Assembly: GCA_964291675.2 (NCBI GenBank)
Contig: OZ219866.1
Span: forward strand, 2,816,001 to 2,880,000
DNA from: Alphaproteobacteria bacterium
GTDB taxonomy: Bacteria > Pseudomonadota > Alphaproteobacteria > MPNO01
Length of the DNA: 64,000 nucleotides
Reading direction: 5' to 3'
Under the pieces are notes generated by a model. The model did not search any database. It saw only the letters and a program-made list of their open reading frames with translations, and was not told the DNA's origin. Every line of letters begins with the position of its first letter. Within the stretch, counting starts at the first letter, position 1. Positions 20,063 to 30,859 of the stretch are shown here, in pieces. The position numbers and the translations under genes were made by a program.

Positions 20063-21307
20063 ATGAACCGGACCGAAGCGAACGGGCTCGCTTTCGAGCG
20101 CCTCTCTGCGGCCGAGCCGGTGCTGGTCGACATCCGCCCGGCGATCGAGGTCCTGCCCCGGATGACGCCCGCCACCGTGCTCACCTCGGGCCCGCCGATG
20201 GCGTGGGAGCGCTATGTCGGCGGCCAGCGCGACGCGGTGATCGGCGGCGCCCTGTTCGAGGGGCTGGCATCCGATGCGGAGGACGCGGCGCGAAAGCTCG
20301 CGCAGGGCGAGATCGCGGTCGACGGCTGCCACGATTACGGCGCGGTGGGCTCGCTCGCCGGCATCTACACCGCCTCGATGCCGGTCTTCGTCGTCGAGAA
20401 CCGGCACGCGGGCATCAACGGCTTCTGCAACATGTACGAGGGGACCGACCCGAGGCGCCTCAACTACGGCGTCTACGACGAAGGCGTGCGGGAGCGTCTG
20501 CTGTTCGTCCAGGACGTGATCGCCCCCGTGCTCGCCGAGGCGGTGCGGGCGGCGGGCGGCATCCCGCTCAAGCCGATCATGCGGCGCGCGCTGCACATGG
20601 GGGACGAGCTGCACAGCCGCAACACCGCGGCCTCCCTCCTGTTCACCCGCGAGCTGTTCCTCCATCTCCTCGGCCTCGATCCCGCCCTGCGGGGCGCGGT
20701 CGAACGCACCGTGGCCGCGCTCACCGAGGACCACTACTTCTTCCTCCGCCTGTCGATGGCCGCCGCCAAGTGCACCGCCGACGCCGCCGCCGGGATCGAG
20801 GGTTCGAGCGTGGTGACCGCGATGGCGTTCAACTGCAACAACTTCGCCATCCGGGTGAGCGGTCTGGGCGATACCTGGTTCACCGGCCCGCACGCCTCGG
20901 TCGATGCGAGGCTGTTCGAGGGGCACACCGAGGACGAGATCGCCTGGATGGGCGGCGAGAGCACCATTGCCGAGACCATAGGCCTCGGCGGCTTCGCCCA
21001 GGCCGCCGCCTTCCCGTTGCAGGACTACCAGGGCGGCTCGGCGCCGGCGATGGTCGAGCGCAACCTCGCGCTCTACGCCATCACGGTGGGCGAGAACCCG
21101 GACTACCGGATTCCCTATCTCGGCTATCGCGGCACGCCCACCGGCATCGACATCCACCGCGTGGTCGAGACCGGCATCCTCCCGGTGATGGATATCGGCA
21201 TCGCCGGGCGCGACGGCGGGCAGATCGGCGCCGGCATCGTAAGCGCCCCCGTCGAATGCTTCGAAGCCGCGCTCGCGGCCTATCGGGCGCGCTACGGTGC
21301 GGCGTGA
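20063..21307 (+). CDS. DUF1116 / YlbE(AllG)-like protein
   Basis: GAVGSLAG, MGDELHSRN, FFLRLSMAAAK, ETIGLGGFA and GQIGAG motifs. Confidence 0.8.
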   Translation: MNRTEANGLAFERLSAAEPVLVDIRPAIEVLPRMTPATVLTSGPPMAWERYVGGQRDAVIGGALFEGLASDAEDAARKLAQGEIAVDGCHDYGAVGSLAGIYTASMPVFVVENRHAGINGFCNMYEGTDPRRLNYGVYDEGVRERLLFVQDVIAPVLAEAVRAAGGIPLKPIMRRALHMGDELHSRNTAASLLFTRELFLHLLGLDPALRGAVERTVAALTEDHYFFLRLSMAAAKCTADAAAGIEGSSVVTAMAFNCNNFAIRVSGLGDTWFTGPHASVDARLFEGHTEDEIAWMGGESTIAETIGLGGFAQAAAFPLQDYQGGSAPAMVERNLALYAITVGENPDYRIPYLGYRGTPTGIDIHRVVETGILPVMDIGIAGRDGGQIGAGIVSAPVECFEAALAAYRARYGAA

Positions 21308-21311
21308 AGGG

Positions 21312-21407
21312 TGGCGGAAAAGAGTGGGAGTCGAACCCACCAGGGACGTCTCACGCCCCTCACCGGTTTTGAAGACCGGGCGCGCCACCGGGCCGCGATT
21401 CTTTTCC
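21312..21407 (-). tRNA. selC: tRNA-Sec (anticodon UCA)
   Basis: 96 nt; 8-bp acceptor stem GGAAAAGA/TCTTTTCC, TTCAAA anticodon loop, long variable arm, 5-bp T stem with GGTTCGACT, G discriminator and encoded CCA; near selAB. Confidence 0.95.
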
Positions 21408-21477
21408 GTGGCGGGGAGAGTGCGGCCAAGCCGGCGATCCCGTCAACTGCGGATCGTCCTCACCGCGGGAGAACGCC

Positions 21478-22344
21478 ATGTCCAGTGTGCTGTACGAGCG
21501 GGATGGGCGGATCGCACGGATCACGCTCAACCGTCCCGAGGTGCTGAACGCCATCGACGACGAGATGCCGGGTGCTCTGTCCGATGCCGTCGCCCGCGCC
21601 GATGCCGATCCGGGCGTCCACGTCATGCTGCTCTCGGGCGCCGGGCGGGCGTTCTGCTCCGGCTACGATCTCAAGCGCTACGCGGGCGGGGAGAGTGGCG
21701 GCGATGGCGGCTATGCCGGGCAGGGGATGCCCTGGGACCCGATCCAGGACTACGCCTTCATGTGGGCGAACACGCAGCATTTCATGGCGCTCTGGCGGGC
21801 GCTCAAGCCGGTGGTCTGCAAGGTGCACGGCCTCGCGCTCGCCGGCGGCTCCGACATCGCGCTGTGCGCCGACCTGACCCTGATCGCCGAGGACGCCGAG
21901 ATCGGCTACATGCCGGCGCGGGTCTGGGGCTGCCCGACGACCGCCATGTGGGTCTACCGGCTGGGGCCGGAGAAGGCGAAGCGGCTGCTGTTCACCGGCG
22001 ACAGGATCGCGGGCTCCGAGGCGGCCGAGATGGGCCTGGTGCTGAAGGCCGTGCCCGCGGCGGCGCTCGACGACGAGGTGGAGGCGCTGGCCCGCCGCAT
22101 GGCGGGCGTGCCGGTCAACCAGCTCGCCATGCAGAAGCTGGTGATAAACCAGGCGATCGAGGCCACCGGCCTGATCGACACCCAGCGGCTCGCCACGATC
22201 TTCGACGGCATCGCCCGCCATTCGCCGGAAGGCCTGAACTTCACCAAGCGGGCGCAACAGGTCGGCTGGAAGCAGGCCGTGCGGGAACGCGACGCCGGGA
22301 CCTGGGACTGGACCCTGGACAGACCGATCGGGAGTCCGGATTGA
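21478..22344 (+). CDS. Crotonase/enoyl-CoA hydratase-family protein
   Basis: ITLNRPEVLNA, FCSGYDL and KVHGLALAGG motifs. Confidence 0.88.
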   Translation: MSSVLYERDGRIARITLNRPEVLNAIDDEMPGALSDAVARADADPGVHVMLLSGAGRAFCSGYDLKRYAGGESGGDGGYAGQGMPWDPIQDYAFMWANTQHFMALWRALKPVVCKVHGLALAGGSDIALCADLTLIAEDAEIGYMPARVWGCPTTAMWVYRLGPEKAKRLLFTGDRIAGSEAAEMGLVLKAVPAAALDDEVEALARRMAGVPVNQLAMQKLVINQAIEATGLIDTQRLATIFDGIARHSPEGLNFTKRAQQVGWKQAVRERDAGTWDWTLDRPIGSPD

Positions 22345-22383
22345 TCCGGCAATTCGTATCGACCCGACCGGACGCGGTGGACT

Positions 22384-24312
22384 TCAGGCTTCCGGCTCCG
22401 CACCCCCGCCGAACACTGCCGTCGACGGCCGCAGCACCTTGCGCTCGTTGCCGGAACGCCGGGTGAACCGCACCTTGTCGAAATATTCCAGCACCTCGAT
22501 GGCGAGGTTGCGGCCGATCCCCGCCTTGTCGCGGAACGAGGCCGCGGTGACGGTGCCGTCCGCCGAGCCTTCCGCCGCCGCCTCCAGGCTTGCCGCCAGG
22601 CTGCGCAGGGCGCCCGGCAGGTAGTAGCGGTTCCTGGTCGCGCCCACCACGAGGCCGAGCTTGGCGGCGCGGCCGAGGAAGGTTGCGATGCGCCGCGCAT
22701 CGAGCCCCGTCTGTTCGGCGATCTCGCTCACCAGCGGCGGGCGGGTGCCGCCGTCCTCCAGCAGGGCCTCGAGGTCGCGCCACAGTGTCTCGTCGGCGGC
22801 GGACATGCGCGGCCGGTGGTCCGGCAGGCGGACGCGCGCGCCTTCGCGGACCAGGACACCCTCGCGTTCGAGCTCCGGGATGGCGCGCTTCAGAAGGTCG
22901 ACCGGGATGCGCGGCTGCATCGCCGAGCGCAGATTGGCCTCGGTCGGGCCTACCGCGTCGTCGTGGCCCGCGTGCCAGCCAGCGAGCGCCTCGCCGACGC
23001 TCGCCTTCAGCCGCTCCCAGCGCGGCCCGGACAGCGCGAGATCGCCGAGCCGAACCATCCCCGCCGCCGCGAAGATTTCTTCGCGCGCGGCGTCGGTGAG
23101 GTTGCGGGCGCGCGCGAACTTCGTGAGATCGACGGCGTTCTCGGCGGCGTCGATGGCGGCCTGGAGCGCGGCCGAGGCATCGGGCTCCGCCACCGCCTTG
23201 AGATAGGCGAGCCGCGCCGGCCGTGCGCGCCCCCGCGCCGGCGGCAGGATGTCGACCACCGTCCCGCCGCCGATCGTGCGGGTCGCCGAGGTGTCGCGCA
23301 GCACGAAGCGGTCGCCGTGCATCGCGCCGATCGGCCGCTCGAGCACGAGCTGGGCAAGCCCCGACTCGCCCGGCGCCAGCGACCGGGCTTCGAGGAGGGC
23401 GAGCCTGCCGGTCACGTCCGAAGCCGCCAAATGGACGTGGACCGGCGTCCAGTGCGCCACCGGCCGGGTCTCGTCGGCGAGGATGCGCACGCTCGCGTCG
23501 ATGCGCCGGGCGGGCAGGTGGGCGCCTTCTTCCACCACCCAGTCGCCGCGCGCGACCCCGTCCTTGCCGAGCGACTGGCCGACGATGTTGAGTGCCAGAC
23601 GCTCGCCCGCCCGGCCGCGCTCCGACTTGCGGTCCTGGGCGTGGATGCCGCGGACCCGGACCGGGATTTGTCTCGGCGACAATATGGGCTGGTCGCCGAC
23701 CGCGACGGCGCCCGAGAATGCGGTGCCGGTGACCACCAGCCCGGCGCCCACCACCGTGAAGGCCCGGTCGACGGCGAGGCGGAAATGCCCGTCCGCCGCG
23801 CGCCGGCGAATGTCGCCCGACCTGGCCTCCAGATGCGCCTTCAGCGCCGCCACCCCGTCCCCCGCCACCGAGGAGACGGGGAAGCGGGGCGCTCCGGCAA
23901 GCCGGGTCTCGTCGAGATAGAGCTCCACCTCCTCGTCGACCTCGGCGATGCGATCGGGATCGACGCGGTCGGTCTTGGTGATCGCCACCGCGCCGTCGGC
24001 GACCCCGAGCAGCTCCAGGATCGCCAGATGCTCCCGCGTCTGCGGCATCACCCCGTCGTCTGCGGCGACGACGAGCAGCGCGAAATCGATTGCGGCCACG
24101 CCGCACAGCATGTTGCGGATGAAGCGCTCGTGCCCCGGCACGTCGACGAAGCCGAGCACCCCGCCGCCGGCCAGCGGCATGTAGGCGAAGCCGAGATCGA
24201 TCGTCAGATTGCGCTGCTTCTCCTCCGGCAGGCGGTCGGTGTCGATCCCGGTCAGCGCGCGCACCAGCGACGTCTTGCCGTGGTCGACATGTCCCGCCGT
24301 CGCGACGATCAT
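22384..24312 (-). CDS. selB: Selenocysteine-specific elongation factor
   Basis: [16 protein letters not shown] and TKTD GTPase motifs; C-terminal winged helix [20 protein letters not shown]; ATGA overlap with selA. Confidence 0.95.
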   Translation of the reverse strand: MIVATAGHVDHGKTSLVRALTGIDTDRLPEEKQRNLTIDLGFAYMPLAGGGVLGFVDVPGHERFIRNMLCGVAAIDFALLVVAADDGVMPQTREHLAILELLGVADGAVAITKTDRVDPDRIAEVDEEVELYLDETRLAGAPRFPVSSVAGDGVAALKAHLEARSGDIRRRAADGHFRLAVDRAFTVVGAGLVVTGTAFSGAVAVGDQPILSPRQIPVRVRGIHAQDRKSERGRAGERLALNIVGQSLGKDGVARGDWVVEEGAHLPARRIDASVRILADETRPVAHWTPVHVHLAASDVTGRLALLEARSLAPGESGLAQLVLERPIGAMHGDRFVLRDTSATRTIGGGTVVDILPPARGRARPARLAYLKAVAEPDASAALQAAIDAAENAVDLTKFARARNLTDAAREEIFAAAGMVRLGDLALSGPRWERLKASVGEALAGWHAGHDDAVGPTEANLRSAMQPRIPVDLLKRAIPELEREGVLVREGARVRLPDHRPRMSAADETLWRDLEALLEDGGTRPPLVSEIAEQTGLDARRIATFLGRAAKLGLVVGATRNRYYLPGALRSLAASLEAAAEGSADGTVTAASFRDKAGIGRNLAIEVLEYFDKVRFTRRSGNERKVLRPSTAVFGGGAEPEA

Positions 24313-25736
24313 TTGCCGGGCGCATCCCCGATCGCGAGGCTGGCGAGCTGCGCGCAAAGGCCCTCGGCGTCTTCGAGGCAGCGCAGGTCGAGCAGCAACG
24401 CGCCGTCGGCGACGCGCCCGATCACCGGCACCGGAAGCGCGGCGAAGGAAGCGGCCAGCCGCTCGATGTCGCCGCCGCGTCCGGATTTGGGCCTGATCGC
24501 GATCGCCCGGCTCGGGATGCTGGCAATGGGGAGCGCGCCCGAGCCGATCTGGCTCAAACAGGGCAGGGTCTCGACCGAGAAGCCTTCGCCGACGCCCGCC
24601 CGGACCGCCGGGACGATGCCCTCGCACAGCGCGGCGACGGCCTCCTCGCTCCGGGTCAGGTGGCGCAGCGTCGGCAGGCGTTCGGCGATGCGATCCGGGT
24701 CGCGGTAGAGCGCGAGCGTGGCGGCGAGCGCCGCCATGGTCATCTTGTCCACTCTCAGCGCGCGTTTGAGGGGGTTGCGCCCGATCTCCGCGATCAGGTC
24801 GCGCCGGCCGACGATCAGCCCGGCCTGCGGGCCGCCGAGCAGCTTGTCGCCGCTGAAGGTGACGATGTCGGCGCCGGCCGCCAGGGTCTCGGCCACCGTG
24901 GTCTCGTGGGCGAGGCCGTAGCGTTCGAGCCGCAGCAGCGCGCCGCTGCCCAGGTCGACCGCGAAGGGCACGCCGCGCTCGGCGCAGAGCGCCGCGAGCG
25001 CCGGTTCCGGCGCCTCGGCGGTGAACCCCTGGATCGCGTAGTTGCTGGCATGCACCTTCATCACCAGCGCGGTGTCCTCGCCGATCGCCGCCTCGAAGTC
25101 GCCCAGATGGGTGCGGTTGGTGGTGCCGACCTCGCGCAGGATGCAGCCCGCCGCCGCCATCACGTCCGGCATGCGGAACGAGCCGCCGATCTCGACCAGC
25201 TCGCCGCGCGAGACCGGCACCTCGCGCCCCCTGGCGAGCGTCGACAGCACCAGCAGAACCGCGGCGGCGTTGTTGTTGACCGCCGTCGCCGCCTCGGCCC
25301 CGGTCAGCCGGCAGAGCAGCGCCTCGACATGGGAGTCCCGGTCGCCGCGCGCGGTCCGGCCGACATCGTATTCCAGCGTCGACGGCCCGCCCGCCGCCGC
25401 GGCCGCCGCCTCGATGGCCTCGGCTGCAAGGCTCGCGCGCCCGAGATTGGTATGCAGCACCGTTCCCGTCAGGTTGTAGACCGGCCGCAGCGAGGGCGCG
25501 GCTTCCGCCGCCGCCCGACCGGCGATGCGCGCGGCAAGCGCCGCCGGCTCGACCGTGCGCGCGACGGTCTCCGCCCCCGCCGCCAGGGCGCGTCTGACCT
25601 CGTCCAGAACCTCGCGTGCCGCTTCGACGACAACGGCGCGGCCGTGGCGTTCGGCCGCCTCGCGCAAGGGCGCCGAGTCGAGCAGCCGGTCGACCGACGG
25701 GATCGAGGACAGCAGCGCTGACGGGTCTTTCGGCAT
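24309..25736 (-). CDS. selA: L-seryl-tRNA(Sec) selenium transferase
   Basis: [29 protein letters not shown] and [13 protein letters not shown] (PLP lysine) motifs; alternative start at 25754. Confidence 0.95.
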   Translation of the reverse strand: MPKDPSALLSSIPSVDRLLDSAPLREAAERHGRAVVVEAAREVLDEVRRALAAGAETVARTVEPAALAARIAGRAAAEAAPSLRPVYNLTGTVLHTNLGRASLAAEAIEAAAAAAGGPSTLEYDVGRTARGDRDSHVEALLCRLTGAEAATAVNNNAAAVLLVLSTLARGREVPVSRGELVEIGGSFRMPDVMAAAGCILREVGTTNRTHLGDFEAAIGEDTALVMKVHASNYAIQGFTAEAPEPALAALCAERGVPFAVDLGSGALLRLERYGLAHETTVAETLAAGADIVTFSGDKLLGGPQAGLIVGRRDLIAEIGRNPLKRALRVDKMTMAALAATLALYRDPDRIAERLPTLRHLTRSEEAVAALCEGIVPAVRAGVGEGFSVETLPCLSQIGSGALPIASIPSRAIAIRPKSGRGGDIERLAASFAALPVPVIGRVADGALLLDLRCLEDAEGLCAQLASLAIGDAPGK

Positions 25737-25775
25737 GGCCGGCGACCTTAGCATGACGGGTAGTCCGCGCGCCGC

Positions 25776-25826
25776 CCTTCGCTACGCCGCTGCGCGGCTG
25801 ATCAGGGTGAGGGGCCGTATCGAGGC
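25776..25826. repeat. Degenerate, internally deleted REP-like doublet (copy B)
   Basis: CCTTCGCTACGCCGCTGCGCGGCTGATCAGGGTGAGG fused to the tail GCCGTATCGAGG. Confidence 0.7.
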
Positions 25827-25832
25827 ACGCCC

Positions 25833-27353
25833 TCAGCGCAGCCGGATCAGCCGTTCGATGCCGATATCGTTCGCGTGGGTGTCGAGCAGCATGGCGCGGA
25901 ACGGGGCGTGGTGCCGGGCGATGAAGTCCTCGCGGTCGCCCATGCTCTCGGCGAAGCGGGCGGCGATCTCCGTCGCCTCGGCGAGGATCGCGGGCTCGTC
26001 GATGGTCAGCACCGCGCCGTCGCGCACCACCTGCCGGCCGTCGATCCAGACATGCTCGGTGCCGGCGCCCTGCTCGTAGAACAGGATGTGCCGCCACGGA
26101 TCGCCCATCGGCATGTGCCAGTGGCCGCGCGTGTCGACGACCAGGATATCGGCCCGCGCGCCGGGGGCGAGCGTGCCGATCCGGCCGGGCTCGCCCAGCG
26201 CCCGGGCGCCGCCCTGCATGGCGAGCGTCAGCATGCCCGGCGCGTCGATCCACCGGTCGGGGTCGGGCTCGGTCAGACGCGACAGATAGGCGGCGACCCG
26301 GATCGGCTCGAGCAGCGCCGCCGGGCTGCAATTCGTGCCGTCCGAGCCGAAGGCGACCGGAATGCCGGCCTCCACCAGGCGCAGCATCGGACAGACCCCG
26401 GAGCCCAGCATCATGTTGGACGGCGCCGGGTGGATGACGGTGAGCCCCGCCTCGCGGGCGGCGGCGATGTCGTCCTCGGCCGACCAGACGAAATGGGCGA
26501 ACGAGCTCTTGTCGCAGACGATCCCGAGCCGCGCCAGCCGGGCCACGAAGCCCTCGGCGGGGGCGCGCATCGCCGCCTGCGTCTTGGCCTCCAGCATATG
26601 GGTGTGGAGGCCGAGCCCGGTGCGCTTCTTGGCGTCGGCCGTCATCTCGATCAGCGCGTCCGAGCAGCGCTGCGGCCCGTCCACCCCGAGCAGCAGCCCG
26701 AGGCGCCCGTCCGCCGAATCGAGGTCCGCGAGCGCCGCCTCGACGGTCGAGAAATAGGCTTCGGCGTCGGGCGGGTTCATGCGTTCGTAGAACGCCCGCA
26801 AGTCGTCCGGCAGGCTGGATGCGTCGATCGGCACGGTGTCGAGATAGGGCAGGTCGGCGAACATCGGGGCGATGCGGGCGCGCAGCCCGGCCTCGCGGTA
26901 GCCGGCCGCGACCGCCTCCAGACCCTCGGCGGTGGTTTGCGGGCGTTCGGAATAGTGGTCGATCACCGAGGTGACGCCCGATTTGAGCAGCGTGATGCAA
27001 TCGACCTGGGCGGACACGAAGATCTCGCGCGGGCTCCGGTCGCTGCCGCCGGCGATGGCGCGGATCATGTAGAGGTCGAGCGGCACCGCATCGACGGTGC
27101 CCTTGAGCAGCGCCGAGTAGGAATGCGAGTGGGCGTTGATCAGCCCCGGCATGACGATACGGCCATCGGCCTCGACGGCGGCAATCTCCGCGCCTGGCGG
27201 CGGCGCGAAACCGCCCGCCCCGCAGACCGCGCGGATTGTGCCGCCGGAGAACCAGACCTCGCCGTTCTCGATCGTCCGGCTCGATCCGTCGCAGGGCAGA
27301 ATCGTGCCGCCGCGGATGACGACGATGTTGCCGTCGGGCGTCGCTTCGGGCAT
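25833..27353 (-). CDS. Metal-dependent amidohydrolase (chlorohydrolase/deaminase-like)
   Basis: PGLINAHSH, HTHMLE, FAHFVW, FGSDG and GARADI motifs. Confidence 0.85.
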   Translation of the reverse strand: MPEATPDGNIVVIRGGTILPCDGSSRTIENGEVWFSGGTIRAVCGAGGFAPPPGAEIAAVEADGRIVMPGLINAHSHSYSALLKGTVDAVPLDLYMIRAIAGGSDRSPREIFVSAQVDCITLLKSGVTSVIDHYSERPQTTAEGLEAVAAGYREAGLRARIAPMFADLPYLDTVPIDASSLPDDLRAFYERMNPPDAEAYFSTVEAALADLDSADGRLGLLLGVDGPQRCSDALIEMTADAKKRTGLGLHTHMLEAKTQAAMRAPAEGFVARLARLGIVCDKSSFAHFVWSAEDDIAAAREAGLTVIHPAPSNMMLGSGVCPMLRLVEAGIPVAFGSDGTNCSPAALLEPIRVAAYLSRLTEPDPDRWIDAPGMLTLAMQGGARALGEPGRIGTLAPGARADILVVDTRGHWHMPMGDPWRHILFYEQGAGTEHVWIDGRQVVRDGAVLTIDEPAILAEATEIAARFAESMGDREDFIARHHAPFRAMLLDTHANDIGIERLIRLR

Positions 27354-27399
27354 TTAGGGCCTCCCTTCGGGCAGGGGGCTCATTTCAATCGGTCGTGCC

Positions 27400-28569
27400 A
27401 TGGAACGCAAACCGACAACCGACGCGATCAAGGCCATCCTCGGCGACCTCATCGCCATCCGGTCCACCGACCCGCCGGGCGACACGACGGCGATCTGCGC
27501 CTATGCGGCCGACCGCCTGTCCGCCGCCGGATATGCGGTCGAGACCCTGTCCCGCGCGGAAGGCATCGCCAATACCGTCGGGCGCATGGGCGACGGCAGA
27601 CCGTCGCTGGTCTTCAACGCCCATGCCGATACCGTCGATGTCGGCAATCGCGAGGACTGGCTCACCGACCCCTTCGTCGCCACCGAGATCGACGGCAATC
27701 TGCACGGCCTCGGCGCCGGCAACAGCAAGGCCGCGATGGCGGTCCAGCTCTGGCTCGCCGAGCGCATCGCCGAGGCCGGCGGGCCGCGAACCGGCGAAAT
27801 CGCGTTCACCTTCGTCGGCGACGAGGAGCGGCTCGGCTCCGATGGGCTCGCTTACCTGCGCGAGACGGGTGCGGTCCGACCCGACTACCTGATCCTCGGC
27901 GCGCAGACCCAGCTCCAGACGATCGCCGAGGAGCGGGGCGTCTTCTGGTCCCGGCTCACCGCGCGCGGCCGCGCGGCCCATGCCGGCGACCCGACGGCCG
28001 GCGACAACGCGATCCTCCGCATGATGCGGCTGATCGAGACCCTGCAGCGCGAGCTGGTCCCGAGGCTCGCGGTGCGCCGCCGGCGCAGGCTCAAATCGAC
28101 CATGAGCATCGGCACCATCCGCGGCGGCCACAACACCAACGCGGTGCCGAGCGAGTGCGTCATCGAGATCGACCGGCGCACGCTGCCGGAAGAAAAGATG
28201 GACGATGCCTTCGCCGAGATGGAGGCGGCGCTTGCCACCTCGGGCGAGCCGGAGGTGAGCTACGCGTTCGAGTTCCTGACCGGCACCAACGGCTTCGCCT
28301 CGACCGGCGACACGCCCTGCATCGCGGCATTCCACCGCGCGATCGGGCGGGTGACGGGCCAGCCGCTGCGCGAGCTCGTCGCGGTGGGGGCGAGCGACGG
28401 GCGCTATTTTGCCGATGACGGGATCGAGATCCTGACCTTCGGCCCCGGCGCGGCCGATCAGGGCCATGCGGCGAACGAATGGGTGCCGATCGATCAACTG
28501 GCGCCCGCGGCGGAGATCCAGCTCGCCGTGGTCGAGGAGCTGCTCGGGCTCGGTCAGTCCGGCGAGTAG
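27400..28569 (+). CDS. M20-family (ArgE/DapE-like) protein with atypical metal ligands
   Basis: NAHADTV, GDEE, GRAAHAG, GGHNTNAVP, GPG and GHAANE motifs. Confidence 0.82.
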   Translation: MERKPTTDAIKAILGDLIAIRSTDPPGDTTAICAYAADRLSAAGYAVETLSRAEGIANTVGRMGDGRPSLVFNAHADTVDVGNREDWLTDPFVATEIDGNLHGLGAGNSKAAMAVQLWLAERIAEAGGPRTGEIAFTFVGDEERLGSDGLAYLRETGAVRPDYLILGAQTQLQTIAEERGVFWSRLTARGRAAHAGDPTAGDNAILRMMRLIETLQRELVPRLAVRRRRRLKSTMSIGTIRGGHNTNAVPSECVIEIDRRTLPEEKMDDAFAEMEAALATSGEPEVSYAFEFLTGTNGFASTGDTPCIAAFHRAIGRVTGQPLRELVAVGASDGRYFADDGIEILTFGPGAADQGHAANEWVPIDQLAPAAEIQLAVVEELLGLGQSGE

Positions 28570-29969
28570 GCGGTGATCGCCGCGGTCGTCTTGTCGACAT
28601 TGCGCGGCGCCGGCTCCGGCATGTCCTGGACCACCGGGCGGCCCCAGCCCGCCGCGTCGGCCAGCACGCCGTCGCGGACCACGATCCTGCCGCGCACCAG
28701 GGTATGCACCACCCGACCCCGGGTCTCGAAACCGTGCCAGGGCGTCATGCGGCTGCGCGAGTGCAGCGCCTCGCGCGAGATCCGCCCCTCCGCCCCGAGG
28801 TCGACGATGGCGATATCGGCGTCCGAGCCCGGCGCGATCAGCCCCTTGCGCGGATAGCAGCCCCAGGCCCTGGCCGGCGCCGCGGCGGACCATTCGACAT
28901 ACTGGTTGAGCGTCAGCCGGCCCTCGGCCACCTGGGTCAGCATGATCGGCATCTGGGTCTCGACGCCGGGAAAGCCGCACTCGCACTCCCAGATGCTGTT
29001 GGACGCCTTCTCCTCCGGCAGATGGGGCGCGTGGTCGGTGGCGATCATGTCGATCGTTCCGTCATGCAGCGCCGCCCACAGCGCCTCGCCATGGCCCTTC
29101 TCGCGGATCGGCGGGTTGACCCGGAGCTGCCCGCCCAGCGCGTCCATGTCCTCGACCGTGAAGATCAGGTATTGCGGGCAGGTCTCGACCGTCACGTCGA
29201 CGCCGCGCGACTTGGCGCGGCGCACCAGGTCGAGCCCGTCGGCCGACGACTTGTGCGCGATATGGAGCCGGGCGCCCGTCCACTCGGCGAAGGCGGTCGC
29301 CCGGCCCACCGCCTCGACGGCGCAGATCTCCGGTCGGGCGGCGAGATGGGCGGGGGCGTCGTTGCGCCCGGCCTCCCTCATCTTCGCTTCGCGCCGCGCC
29401 ATGATCGAGGCGTTCTCGGCATGGACGGTGCAGCGCATGCCGAGCCTCGCCAGGATCTCGAATCCCTCCAGCATCGCCCCGTCGGACGGTGCCGGCAGGT
29501 CGCCGAAGGTGTTTCCCATAAAACACTTGAAGCCGCTGACGCCGGCCCGCGTCAGGTCCTCCAGAACGTCGATATTGTTCTCGTCCAGCAGCCCGTAGAT
29601 GCCGTAATCGACATGCGCCTGCCGCTTCGCCCGGGCCTGCTTGTCGCGCAGCGCCTCCAGCGTGCCGGTCGGCGGATGGGTGTTGGGCATCTCGAACACC
29701 GTGGTGGTGCCGCCGCAGGCCGCCGCCGCGGTGCCGGTCTCCCAGTTCTCCTTGTAGTCGTAGCCGGGCTCGCGGAAATGGACGTGGCTGTCGACCGCGC
29801 CCGGGAGGACATGGAGCCCGCTGGCATCGACGGTCTCCCGCGCCGGCGGCGACATCTCGCCCGCGGCGATGCCGACGACGCGTTCGCCGTCGATCGCGAT
29901 ATCGGCCTCGATCGTGGCGGACGGCGAGACCACCGCCCCGCCCTTGATCAGGAGGTCCACCGTTTTCAT
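28554..29969 (-). CDS. Cyclic amidohydrolase (allantoinase/dihydroorotase family)
   Basis: DSHVHFREPG, EMPNT, FKCFM, HAEN, VETCPQY and ATDHAPH motifs. Confidence 0.88.
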   Translation of the reverse strand: MKTVDLLIKGGAVVSPSATIEADIAIDGERVVGIAAGEMSPPARETVDASGLHVLPGAVDSHVHFREPGYDYKENWETGTAAAACGGTTTVFEMPNTHPPTGTLEALRDKQARAKRQAHVDYGIYGLLDENNIDVLEDLTRAGVSGFKCFMGNTFGDLPAPSDGAMLEGFEILARLGMRCTVHAENASIMARREAKMREAGRNDAPAHLAARPEICAVEAVGRATAFAEWTGARLHIAHKSSADGLDLVRRAKSRGVDVTVETCPQYLIFTVEDMDALGGQLRVNPPIREKGHGEALWAALHDGTIDMIATDHAPHLPEEKASNSIWECECGFPGVETQMPIMLTQVAEGRLTLNQYVEWSAAAPARAWGCYPRKGLIAPGSDADIAIVDLGAEGRISREALHSRSRMTPWHGFETRGRVVHTLVRGRIVVRDGVLADAAGWGRPVVQDMPEPAPRNVDKTTAAITAYSPD

Positions 29970-29979
29970 CGCAGCGCTC

Positions 29980-30758
29980 CTAAATCACCCAGCCGCCGTC
30001 TACGGCGAGGTCCTGGCCGGTGATGTTACGCGCCCGGTCGCTGGCGAAAAAGAGCACCGCCTCGGCGACGTCCGAATCGGTGGAAATCCGCTTCAGCGCG
30101 TATTCCTCCTCGTGCTGGCGGCGCGCCTCCTCCGGGGTGATGCCGAGGCGCTCGGCGCGCTCGGCGCAGACCTTGCGGAAGCGCGGCCCGTCCACCATGC
30201 CCGGGCAGACGCAGTTGACGTTGACGTTGTGCGGCCCGACCTCGAGCGCGGTCGACTTGGTGATCCCGCGCAAGCCCCATTTGGAGGCGGAATAGGCCAT
30301 CCTGCCCTGGCGGCCGCGCAGCCCGAACGTGCCGCCGACATTGACGATCTTGCCGTAGCGCCGTTCGATCATGTGCGGGATCGCCGCGCGCATGGTGAGC
30401 CACGCCCCCTTCATGTTGAGCTCGACGATCCGGTCGAAATCCGCGGGCTCGATCTCCCACGACGCGGCGCCGAGCGGCCCGGTGCCGCCGGCGACGTTGA
30501 CCAGCACGTCGATCTTGCCATAGGCGTCGAGCCCCGCCCGCACCGCGGCCTCGCCGTGGCGTCGGTCACGTCGCAGGGCGCGACGATGGCGCCGCGTCCC
30601 ATCGCCTTCGCCTCCTCGGCGACCGGCGCGATGGCCGCGATGTCCCGCCCGGCCAGCACCAGATCCGCCCCTTCCTCGGCGAACCGCCTCGTGATCCGCG
30701 CTCCCATGCCCTTGGCCGGGCCGGTGATCAGCACCGCACGATCGTCGAAATCGGCCAC
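29980..30758 (-). pseudogene. SDR oxidoreductase with an internal frameshift near 30553
   Basis: N-terminal ITGPAKGMG...CDVTD in one frame; DVLVNVAG, YSASK and VDGG in another; pseudogene or sequencing error. Confidence 0.75.
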
Positions 30759-30859
30759 CGTTTCGTCCTCCCTCCGCGGCAACTTCCAATTCGCGTGAAA
30801 ATGCTCTAGCCAATTGCCGGGCGAGTCGCAATGATCGGGCCGCCCTTGGGAGAGATGCG

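Noticed and set aside
21290-21480. Integrative element at selC
   Set aside because: No integrase and no duplicated tRNA 3' end seen in the window
22384-27000. 1538-aa SelB fusion ORF
   Set aside because: The upstream part is an off-frame shadow of selA and the amidohydrolase; SelB begins at ATG 24312
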